NCBI GenBank assembly: GCA_046581755.1
Contig: JAYGFR010000166.1
Coordinates: 1-13,483 of the forward strand
Origin: Nitrospinota bacterium
GTDB taxonomy: Bacteria > UBA8248
Reading direction: 5' to 3'
Length of the DNA stretch: 13,483 nucleotides
Shown piece by piece: positions 1 to 7,405 of the stretch. A program made the translations under genes and the position numbers. The number at the start of each line of letters is the position of its first letter. Within the stretch, counting starts at the first letter, position 1. Under the pieces are notes generated by a model that worked only from the letters and a program-made list of their open reading frames with translations, did no database searches and was not told where the DNA came from.

Positions 1-447
1 GTCCTCCATTTCAATGTGACCGAGAACCCAACGGCTGAGTGGACCGCTCAACAGATCGTGGAGGCCTTTCCATACGGCACTGCCCCAAAGTATCTCCTTC
101 GGGACCGGGACAAGGTCTACGGGGACTACTTCCAAAAGAGGGTGGAGGGCCTGGGTATAAAGGAAGTGCTGATCGCTCCCAGGAGTCCATGGCAGAACTC
201 GTACGCGGAGCGAGTCATTGGCTCGATTCGCAGGGAGTGTCTGGATAGCGTCATCGTGCTGAACAAAAGACACCTGAAGAAAACGCTTGCGAGATATTTC
301 GATTATTACCACCGCTGGCGCACGCACCTCTCGCTCGACATGGACGCGCCTGAACATCGACACGTTCAGCCCATTGAACTCGGTGATGTCGTCGAGTTTC
401 CAGACATCGGCGGACTGCAGCACCATTACGAGCGCCGAGCGGCTTAA
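1..447 (+). CDS. Integrase-core (rve-type DDE) transposase, 5'-truncated by the window edge
   Basis: The frame is open from base 1 (VLHFNVTENPTAEWTAQQ...). It contains YLLRDRDKVYG (second catalytic Asp), PRSPWQNSYAERVIGSIRRECLD (catalytic Glu) and YYHRWRTHLSL, and ends GGLQHHYERRAA, typical of IS3/IS481-like integrase-core proteins. Confidence 0.9.
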   Translation, partial: VLHFNVTENPTAEWTAQQIVEAFPYGTAPKYLLRDRDKVYGDYFQKRVEGLGIKEVLIAPRSPWQNSYAERVIGSIRRECLDSVIVLNKRHLKKTLARYFDYYHRWRTHLSLDMDAPEHRHVQPIELGDVVEFPDIGGLQHHYERRAA

Positions 448-651
448 ACCTCTTCCGCCAACGGGAAAAAAACAAACCTACCCCTTGCAACACAATTGCG
501 GCTGAAACTGCCGGATCTGACAATTCCAGATGCCCGGCCCGTTCTCGTGCCCGGAATCTACCGACTTGATGAGAATTCTTGAGACGAACCCAGGTGAATT
601 GTGATGTGAAAAATGAATGAATTCAGCTGCTGTGAGTTTTCGAGAAGGACA
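1..651 (+). mobile_element. Right part of an IS-like element, putative right end ...GAGTTTTCGAGAAGGACA at 651
   Basis: The transposase is followed by about 200 bp of non-coding DNA ending in ACA (5'-TGT on the other strand), with a degenerate internal copy of the terminal 23-mer at 568-590. The left end lies outside the window, so the boundary is inferred. Confidence 0.5.
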
Positions 652-692
652 TCTCCTCGCGATAGGAAAAATTACCTTTGAATGGCTTGAAT

Positions 693-1982
693 TCACCTTC
701 CCAGGACTTCGCTTCTTGCTCCTCCGCACACATCCAGGATCAAACTCGCATAAACGCGCGTGCAGTTATAAAGGTCTTCGATGCTGACGTGCTCTCCCGC
801 ATTCGGGTCCCAACGACTCTCGGGCGTGGTGCGGAGCCTGCCCGAAGGCCCATAGTTAAGCGCGGGAACGTCAAAACGGTTCAGATAGGTAGCATCCGAG
901 ATATAGGCCTCAGAGATAATCTCCGGTCCCTCTCCGAATACAGCGCTGTGCGCCCTCACCATCGCCTTATAGACTGGAGAGTCCTCGCCCACCTCGGTCC
1001 CCGGCACCGACATCACGGTTTCGAGCACTGGATCGATCTCCGGATTCTCCCGCTTCACCTCGTCGAGCACCTCGAGAATTTCATTCTTCACGTCCATCAT
1101 GCTGACCGTCGGGGGAACGCGAGTGTCGATATAGAGAGTGCAGTAGACCGGCGTCCGGCTGCACCGGTAGGGCCAGCCACCCTCAATGGCGGCGATATTA
1201 AGATTTGCCGGGTAGCCCCGGTAACTACGCCGCTCTCGGTAGTCTTGTCCCCACTTGTAAAGCGTCTCGATGATCCGGGTCATCTGAAGAATCGTATTGG
1301 GAAATTTATGAGAATAACTGGTGTGCGAGGGCAGGCCCGTAAGAGTCACCTTGCTCCACATGTAACCCAGATGCCCTGGAAGCAAAGTCAGGCCGGTGGG
1401 CTCTCCAATAACGGCCAGATCGGCGATGCCCCCGTGGGTCACCATGTACCCCGTCCCTACGCCGCCTCCCCGGTAGAATGCCCCCTGGTAGCGGTCCACC
1501 GGACCCCGCTCGATCTCGCCCACCACCGCGGCGATGGTAACGTCACCGGAAAGTTCGATTCCCGTTCTCTGAACCGCTGCGACCGCCGCCGCGTAACATG
1601 CCAGCGCCCCTTTCATGTTGTAGATCCCCAGCCCGTAGATCCAGCCGTCCTCTTCAAACGATTTGGGGAGATAAGCCGGGTTGTCGGGCAGGAAGTCCTC
1701 CCGCCCCGTATAGGATGTGTCCATGTGGCCGTCGAAGAGAAGATGCGCGCCACCGCCCGAGCCCGGGAGGGTGCCGATGCAATTCGGCCGGCCGGGCTCG
1801 ACCTCCTGTATCCGGACTCTCAAGCCCATCTTTTTGAAATGACCTTCGATAAAACGGGAGCATTCCTCCTCCTCACCCGTGGCACTCGGGATATCCACCA
1901 GATCTCTCGCAAAGCGTACCAAACCATCCCGGTCTATAGCGCCCCATACTTTTTCGTGTTGCTCCGTGCGGATCTCGCCCAT
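693..1982 (-). CDS. M20-family metallohydrolase (ArgE/DapE fold), NaaA-like non-canonical active site
   Basis: Motifs DIPSATGEE, LLFDGHMDT, IYGLGIYNMKG, VVGEIE, VIGEPT, IEGG, YIDTR, SDATYL and LNYGP. The ATG at 1982 has AGGA 6 nt upstream; the TTG at 1988 is an alternative start. Confidence 0.9.
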   Translation of the reverse strand: MGEIRTEQHEKVWGAIDRDGLVRFARDLVDIPSATGEEEECSRFIEGHFKKMGLRVRIQEVEPGRPNCIGTLPGSGGGAHLLFDGHMDTSYTGREDFLPDNPAYLPKSFEEDGWIYGLGIYNMKGALACYAAAVAAVQRTGIELSGDVTIAAVVGEIERGPVDRYQGAFYRGGGVGTGYMVTHGGIADLAVIGEPTGLTLLPGHLGYMWSKVTLTGLPSHTSYSHKFPNTILQMTRIIETLYKWGQDYRERRSYRGYPANLNIAAIEGGWPYRCSRTPVYCTLYIDTRVPPTVSMMDVKNEILEVLDEVKRENPEIDPVLETVMSVPGTEVGEDSPVYKAMVRAHSAVFGEGPEIISEAYISDATYLNRFDVPALNYGPSGRLRTTPESRWDPNAGEHVSIEDLYNCTRVYASLILDVCGGARSEVLGR

Positions 1983-1997
1983 TTTCAATCCTACTCC

Positions 1998-2432
1998 CTA
2001 GCCATCGACAACAGCGACAACCTTTATCTCGATCAGACACCGCGGATCCGTAGCCATGCGAACCACCTGGACGCACGTCGAAGCCGGCCGATGGTCCCCG
2101 AAATACTCTTTTCTCACCTTCACCATGTCCCTGTGAGCGGTCATGTCCCTCAAAAAATATGTCGCTTCGACCACGCTATCGAGGGTGCCACCAGCGGCTT
2201 CAAGGCTTTTTTTAATCTTATCGAGACAAACTCTCGTTTGGCCCTCCATGTCCTGGGGCATATCGTCAAATTCTTCGGGCCGATGAGGATGACTATGATA
2301 AGCGGGAGCCGCCGTGCATCCCGAGAGAAAAATCAGCTTTCCTCCCGTCACCGCGACGCCAGCGGCATAGTGTGACTGGGACAAATCATCGGGCGCATCT
2401 GTCAAATCCACCATCTCCATATGTTTCGACAT
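1998..2432 (-). CDS. Rid (RidA/YjgF/UK114) family protein, Arg-less type with His-rich insertion
   Basis: LIFLSG, QTRVCLDKIKKSLEAAGGTLDSVV, RPASTCVQV and LIEIKVVAV. A GAGGAG RBS lies upstream. Confidence 0.9.
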   Translation of the reverse strand: MSKHMEMVDLTDAPDDLSQSHYAAGVAVTGGKLIFLSGCTAAPAYHSHPHRPEEFDDMPQDMEGQTRVCLDKIKKSLEAAGGTLDSVVEATYFLRDMTAHRDMVKVRKEYFGDHRPASTCVQVVRMATDPRCLIEIKVVAVVDG

Positions 2433-2570
2433 GGCTGCTCTCCTCTTTCCTCATTGCATTCGAACAATTTTCAAGAAAGCCAACAACATTATGTAAGGTC
2501 AAAATTCAAGCGCTGGATACGCTCAAAAAAAACCGGCTTCCCCCGCAGAATATGCAGCTTCAGCGCAGGC

Positions 2571-3413
2571 TTAGAGCTCCCGGATCATCCCCCACCGCTG
2601 GACCGTATAAACCTCCAGAGAGCGGAGTACGACCCTTTCGAGCAAAAACCCGAAAACACCGATCAACAGAACTCCCGCATACATGACATCTATCTGAAGG
2701 AAATCCTGGGCCAGAAATATCCGGTAGCCGAGACCCGTGCCAAGCGAGACGAGCAGCTCGCCCCCGACCAGAATCCGCCATGCCCGGGAAAATCCCAGCC
2801 GGTAACCTGTGATGATGGACGGAAGGGCCGCGGGAAACAGAACGCGCCGAAAAAAAGCCCATCCCCTGGCTCCCAACACACGGCCCGCATAAAGCATATT
2901 AGGCGGAATGGATTTCACTCCCGTCCAGGTGTTTACCAAAACGGTCAAACCGGCTTCAAATCCCAGAACAACGATGAGGGTCGTCTCGGAAAGACCGAGA
3001 AACAGTATGACGATGGGAAAAACGGCGATTCCGGGGATCGAGAGGAAAAAATTCAGCGGCGGGATAATTATTTTTTCGGCGATGCGGTTCGTTCCCATGA
3101 TGAGGCCGAAAACGGTTCCAAACATGCAAGCAACCAAACCACCGATCAAAACGCGTGACAGGGAAGCGAGGATGTCCGGGATAAGAATCCCTTCGCTGAA
3201 AAGATGTCCTATCGTTCCGATTACCACGGTGACTGTCGGAAAAAGCGCCGTGTGGATTATTTCCGATCGAGCAAGAAGCTCCCAGAGAACAAACAACGCC
3301 AAAAGAGGCCAAGTATTTTCCCAGGCGGTTGAGAGGTAATACATCCACTTACCCTTGCCCGGATCGATTATTTCCACCGCCTTAGTATCCAATGATGCTT
3401 CGCCTTGAGCCAT
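2571..3413 (-). CDS. ABC transporter permease, NitT/TauT (SsuC/TauC-like) family
   Basis: LWELLAR..LFP, SLSRVLIG, SIPGIAVFPIVILFLG, the EAA-like loop AGRVLGARGWAFFRRVLFPAALPSIITGYRLG, and GLGYRI, with several hydrophobic segments. Confidence 0.93.
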   Translation of the reverse strand: MAQGEASLDTKAVEIIDPGKGKWMYYLSTAWENTWPLLALFVLWELLARSEIIHTALFPTVTVVIGTIGHLFSEGILIPDILASLSRVLIGGLVACMFGTVFGLIMGTNRIAEKIIIPPLNFFLSIPGIAVFPIVILFLGLSETTLIVVLGFEAGLTVLVNTWTGVKSIPPNMLYAGRVLGARGWAFFRRVLFPAALPSIITGYRLGFSRAWRILVGGELLVSLGTGLGYRIFLAQDFLQIDVMYAGVLLIGVFGFLLERVVLRSLEVYTVQRWGMIREL

Positions 3414-3464
3414 TTTGCCCCCCCCAACTTCAGCTTATTGATATTTCGTGAATTTCAAAAATTA

Positions 3465-4757
3465 TTAAACCTCACTGGCTTCCCGCCCACAAATCTCCGC
3501 AGCCGCGGCTGCGTAGACGCGAGCGCAAGCAGCAAACTCATCCACGTGTAAATGCTCGCCGATATCTTTTGACCAGCCCCAGACACCGCCTTGCTGAGTC
3601 CGCCCCCCCCGGTCCATAAACGATAGTGGTGATTCCGCCTCGCTCAAGGTGGGTGGCGTCGTGGCCGGTATGCTTGTAAACATGGGCGGGAGGAACACCC
3701 GTCAACATCTCGTGGGCCGCTGAGACCGCTCCCGCGACCGGGCTGGAGGGGTCAAGAGCAACACCGGGATTCATCACATACAGCTCCACCTCGGCCTCGA
3801 GGTCCTCATCGGTTTAGCGCAGGCCCTCGATAATTTCCTCAAGCTCCTGCTTTACATCCATCGAATTCTGGTCGTGAATGGTCCGGACATCGATATAAAG
3901 GCTGCACTCAATGGGATTGCGGGCCGCCCGCCACGGCCAACCGCCCCGCATGGAAGCGATGTTGACGTTCGGGCGCTCGCCCAGATACTCATGGCGCTCC
4001 TGATAAGAAGGAATCCACTCTTTTATCGCCTGATATATTTTTACCGCCTTATCTATGGCGCTGACGGCCGGGATCTATGGATATAGCCCGTGTGCGAGAC
4101 GGTCCCCCGCGTTGTGATTTTGACCCAAGTGCTTCCCATGTGGCCCACCCCTAGCTGGAGGCCGGTCGGCTCACCCAAGATGCAATAGTCGGCCACCTGT
4201 CCGTGAGCCACGAGGTGTTTCGTCCCCACCCCGTAACCGGAATATTCCACGCCCTGAAATTCATCCACGGGCGCCTTTTCCACCTCACCCACAACGGCGG
4301 CCAGCACAATGTCGCCGCACCGCTCCACGCCCGACTCGACGATGGCCCGTATAGCGGTCAAGAAAGCAGCGAGGCCGCACTTCATGTTTTTCACGCCCAA
4401 GCCGTATAGCCAATCTCCCTTGCGAAATCCCTTGGGCTTGTAGCCGGGGCTGAAAAGATATTCCTCATCGCCCCGATAGGATGTATCCATATGGCCGTTC
4501 AACATGAGAGATGGCCCGCCGCCCCTTCCGGGCAAAACACCCACGGCGTTGAAGCGCCCCTGCGAAAGCTCCTGGCGAATCGAACGCATATCAAGGACTT
4601 CATATTGCTCAAACATGAACTCCGCCATCTCGGCTTCGGAACCTGTCGGGGAGGGAATGTCCACCATCTGCAAAAGGAGTTTGATGGCGGAATCGACATC
4701 GACGCGCTCAGATAAAGCACGAGTCATCTGCTTGAGAGATTCATCCGGGTTGGCCAT
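3465..4757 (-). pseudogene. Disrupted M20-family hydrolase, paralog of 693..1982
   Basis: Manual translation gives a continuous paralog (NGHMDT, GVKNMKCG, GEVEKAPVDEFQG, GEPT, RGGWPWRAARNP, YIDVR, YGPGGR, GEHLH). It is broken by a frameshift near 4075, an in-frame TAA at 3816-3814 and an extra G in a G8 run at 3603-3610. The span is 1293 bp, or 431 codons. Confidence 0.9.
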
Positions 4758-4778
4758 TTCGAAACGCCCCCTCCTAGC

Positions 4779-5627
4779 TCACTCCAGCAACTCTTTTTCT
4801 GAAAAACCAGACTGTTTCGGTTCGGGCGGCATTACACCTGGTTGCATCCCAAAATCGTCTTCAATCTGCTGCTCGATAAGATTTTCAAGATGCCGCTCGT
4901 ACTTCATCAACGAGTCGGAAAGGGAAATACGGTCTTCATAAGAAAGATCAATCGAAATGGTTTCCACCACACATCCCGGGCGGCTACTCAACACCACCAC
5001 CCTTTGGGAGAGAAATACGGCCTCGCGGACGCTGTGGGTAATGAACACGATGGTTTTTTTCGTTTCCCGCCAGATGTCAAGGAGTTGAACCTGAAGGCTC
5101 TTGCGTGTCTGGGCGTCAAGAGAACCGAAAGGCTCATCCATCAGCAATATTTCGGGCTCAGTCGCCATGGCGCGGGCGATTCCCACCCGCTGCTTCATCC
5201 CGCCCGAAAGGCGATGAGGAAACACATCGGCAAACTCAAGAAGGTTCACAAGCCGCAGATAATGCTCTGCTATGCGATCCTGCTCCTCCTTGGGCAACCC
5301 TTTCATTGAAAGGCCGAATTTGACATTGTCCCGGACCGTCATCCAGGCGAAGAGCGCAAAATCCTGAAACACGACGCCGCGATCTAGGCCTGGTTCGTTT
5401 ACCGGCTTTCCGTCGAGAAGCAGGGTTCCGGAATCGAAGGGATGAATGCCCGCCACCACCATCAGGAAAGTGGACTTCCCGCAGCCGCTGGGACCAATAA
5501 CTGTGACAAGTTCGCCTTCGCTCACCTCCAGAGTCAGATTCCGCAGAGCGTGCACACGGGAGCGCTTCCCGAAGCCCTCATTAATCACGTAGGACTTGTC
5601 GAGGTTTTTTACCACGAGTTTGGACAT
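4779..5627 (-). CDS. ABC transporter ATP-binding protein, NitT/TauT (SsuB/TauB-like) family
   Basis: Walker A GPSGCGKST, Q-loop VFQDFALF, signature LSGGMKQRV, Walker B LLMDEPF and H-loop FITHS. The ATG at 5627, downstream of GGGAG, is preferred over the TTG at 5648. Confidence 0.95.
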   Translation of the reverse strand: MSKLVVKNLDKSYVINEGFGKRSRVHALRNLTLEVSEGELVTVIGPSGCGKSTFLMVVAGIHPFDSGTLLLDGKPVNEPGLDRGVVFQDFALFAWMTVRDNVKFGLSMKGLPKEEQDRIAEHYLRLVNLLEFADVFPHRLSGGMKQRVGIARAMATEPEILLMDEPFGSLDAQTRKSLQVQLLDIWRETKKTIVFITHSVREAVFLSQRVVVLSSRPGCVVETISIDLSYEDRISLSDSLMKYERHLENLIEQQIEDDFGMQPGVMPPEPKQSGFSEKELLE

Positions 5628-5695
5628 CTTCGTTCTCCCGCCGAACAACTTCGGCCAAAGCGCAAAGTCCCGCGTGCCGATGGAAGAATACGATC

Positions 5696-5729
5696 AAATC
5701 GGCGGGAGGGGCGCCCCTCCCGCCGATTT
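5696..5729. terminator. Perfect 34-bp palindrome; intercistronic stem-loop (mRNA stabiliser or partial terminator)
   Basis: AAATCGGCGGGAGGGGCGCCCCTCCCGCCGATTT equals its own reverse complement. It lies about 40 nt after the binding-protein stop codon and has no long U tract. Confidence 0.65.
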
Positions 5730-5768
5730 CACCTAAATCGCACCGCCCGTATCCGGATGGCTGGCTGG

Positions 5769-6746
5769 TTATTTACCAAGAGCCTTGTTGGTGAATTCGG
5801 GCATCAAGGCCTTTTTGAAATCAGGAATGAATTTAATCTTCTTGATGTCGTACATCATCTGCGCGAAGTTATTAGTGTCGGTCATCACATCGTCATCGAA
5901 CGTCATCTTATCGTAACCGCGCGTATAGATACCGGCTTTCACTTTGGCCCTCGGAATGGTCAGCCCCCATCCCTTGTAAGCCTTCGCCATGATATCGACG
6001 GTCTCTTTGTGGTTGCTGTTGACGAATTTAATCGCCTTGAGCCAGGCATTCACGAATTTTTGCGTGGTGGCCTTGTTCTTTTTCACCCAATCGCAGTTAG
6101 CATACAGGAACACCGGGTAAACGATTTTGCCGACCCGCGACCACTCGTCGTTCGTAATCAGCACGCGGGCCAGCCCCTTCGAGACCATGATTGAGGCATA
6201 AGGCTCCCAGGCCACGGCAACGTCAATCGAACCGGACTGGAACGTCGCGGGGATGAGCCTCGTCTTCAGATTTTTGACGATGTAGTCCTTTTCCTTGAGA
6301 CCGGCGTACTTGAGCAAAATCCGCCATGCGACGTATGTCCCCGAGCCGACCTGGATCGCAAGCCGCTTGCCCTTCAAATCGGCCATGGTCTTGGAGGTTT
6401 TGTCCCGGACCGGAACGAGGATCTTGGACGTAAGGCCGTACTGCACCATCCCGATGACGCAGAGCGGGAGGCCCTTTGCGAGAACCTGAATGACGCGGGA
6501 GTGAAGGCCCACCCCCATGTCGGCGGAGCCGCCGATAACCGCCTGGAGGGAAGCACTTCCGGAGCTTTCGGCGAAGACCTTGACATCAAGGCCCTCCTCT
6601 TTGAAAAAGCCTTTCTGTGAAGCCACCTCGTTCACGATCGCCTGGGTGCTCCGGTTCGTGGACAACCGCACGTCCGCCGCATCGGCACTGTGAGAAACGG
6701 AAAAAACCATCCCAATTATTGCAACTGCGCAAACTAATTTCCTCAT
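5769..6746 (-). CDS. ABC transporter substrate-binding protein, NitT/TauT (SsuA/NMT1-THI5-like) family
   Basis: Signal peptide MRKLVCAVAIIGMVFSVSHSADA, followed by KGFFKEEGLDV, DLKGKRLAI..GS and GSIDVAVAWEPY. The ATG at 6746 is preceded by GGAGGG. Confidence 0.92.
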   Translation of the reverse strand: MRKLVCAVAIIGMVFSVSHSADAADVRLSTNRSTQAIVNEVASQKGFFKEEGLDVKVFAESSGSASLQAVIGGSADMGVGLHSRVIQVLAKGLPLCVIGMVQYGLTSKILVPVRDKTSKTMADLKGKRLAIQVGSGTYVAWRILLKYAGLKEKDYIVKNLKTRLIPATFQSGSIDVAVAWEPYASIMVSKGLARVLITNDEWSRVGKIVYPVFLYANCDWVKKNKATTQKFVNAWLKAIKFVNSNHKETVDIMAKAYKGWGLTIPRAKVKAGIYTRGYDKMTFDDDVMTDTNNFAQMMYDIKKIKFIPDFKKALMPEFTNKALGK

Positions 6747-6889
6747 TTCAACCCTCCCTCCCCGCCTAAACTCAGCAAGAAAAAAATTCACCTCGGCACA
6801 ATCGTACCCCTCTTGATCATGCGACCAAGAACCACGACTGAAACTCGCTGCATCAATCCTCTTGGATGGCTATTATTTTGATTAGAATA

Positions 6890-6918
6890 AATCTAACAGA
6901 ACTCTTTTTATCAATCAA
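6890..6918 (-). promoter_or_regulatory. Candidate sigma70 promoter for the ABC/M20 operon
   Basis: On the minus strand: TTGATT (6918-6913), a 17-nt spacer ending in TGt, then TAGATT (6895-6890), all within an AT-rich intergenic region. Confidence 0.5.
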
Positions 6919-6973
6919 GCATGTGTTACCCGTTTAATATGAATCATTTCAAAAATTATCCTCATCCAATAAA

Positions 6974-7369
6974 TTATTCAATCCCCAAAACGGCAATCGC
7001 CTGAATTTCGACCATCATCTCAGGGCGCGCGAAGCCCTTAACGGTTATCAGTGCGCTGGCGGGCGCGGCGCCGGGAAAAAACTCTTTCCGGATTGCCGTG
7101 AAACGATCACCGTGGCGCATATCGAGAATGAACACCGTCATCGTAACGATGTCCTCGAGTTTGCCGCCGCATTGCCCCAGGACTTCCCCGATGGCGCGAA
7201 AAGAAGCGCGGACTTGTGCGTCGAAATCGCCATGAAGCTGATTTCCCGTCCCATCCACGGTCCTGCCCACGCCCGCGAGCCAGACCTGCCGCCCTCCGCT
7301 GGTAATGACGGCCGGCGAAAAAGACCGTTCAATCTGTCTGGCGTTTCCTTCGAGGTATATTCTCGGCAT
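6974..7369 (-). CDS. Rid (RidA/YjgF) family protein, Arg-less type
   Basis: FSPAV, VWLAGVG, GDFDAQVRASFRAIGEVLGQCGGKLEDIV, APASALITV and MVEIQAIAV. Confidence 0.9.
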   Translation of the reverse strand: MPRIYLEGNARQIERSFSPAVITSGGRQVWLAGVGRTVDGTGNQLHGDFDAQVRASFRAIGEVLGQCGGKLEDIVTMTVFILDMRHGDRFTAIRKEFFPGAAPASALITVKGFARPEMMVEIQAIAVLGIE

Positions 7370-7405
7370 CTTAACTTCCTTGAGCGCAAAAATACGCCCT
7401 TCTCG

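Noticed and set aside
678..2375. 565-aa plus-strand ORF
   Set aside because: It is the antisense shadow of the M20 and Rid genes, with no recognisable motifs and an Arg/His/Pro-rich composition typical of reverse frames in GC-rich DNA.
2525..2570. T8 run after the permease as an intrinsic terminator
   Set aside because: No convincing stem precedes the T tract.
3603..3610. G8 tract as a phase-variation or programmed frameshift switch
   Set aside because: An upstream frameshift and an in-frame stop would still inactivate the gene, so simple decay is the better explanation.
4021..4056. 18-bp imperfect tandem repeat (15/18)
   Set aside because: It encodes IDKAVK/IYQAIK of an amphipathic helix in the pseudogene and is collinear with the paralog. 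It has only two units and is not an array.
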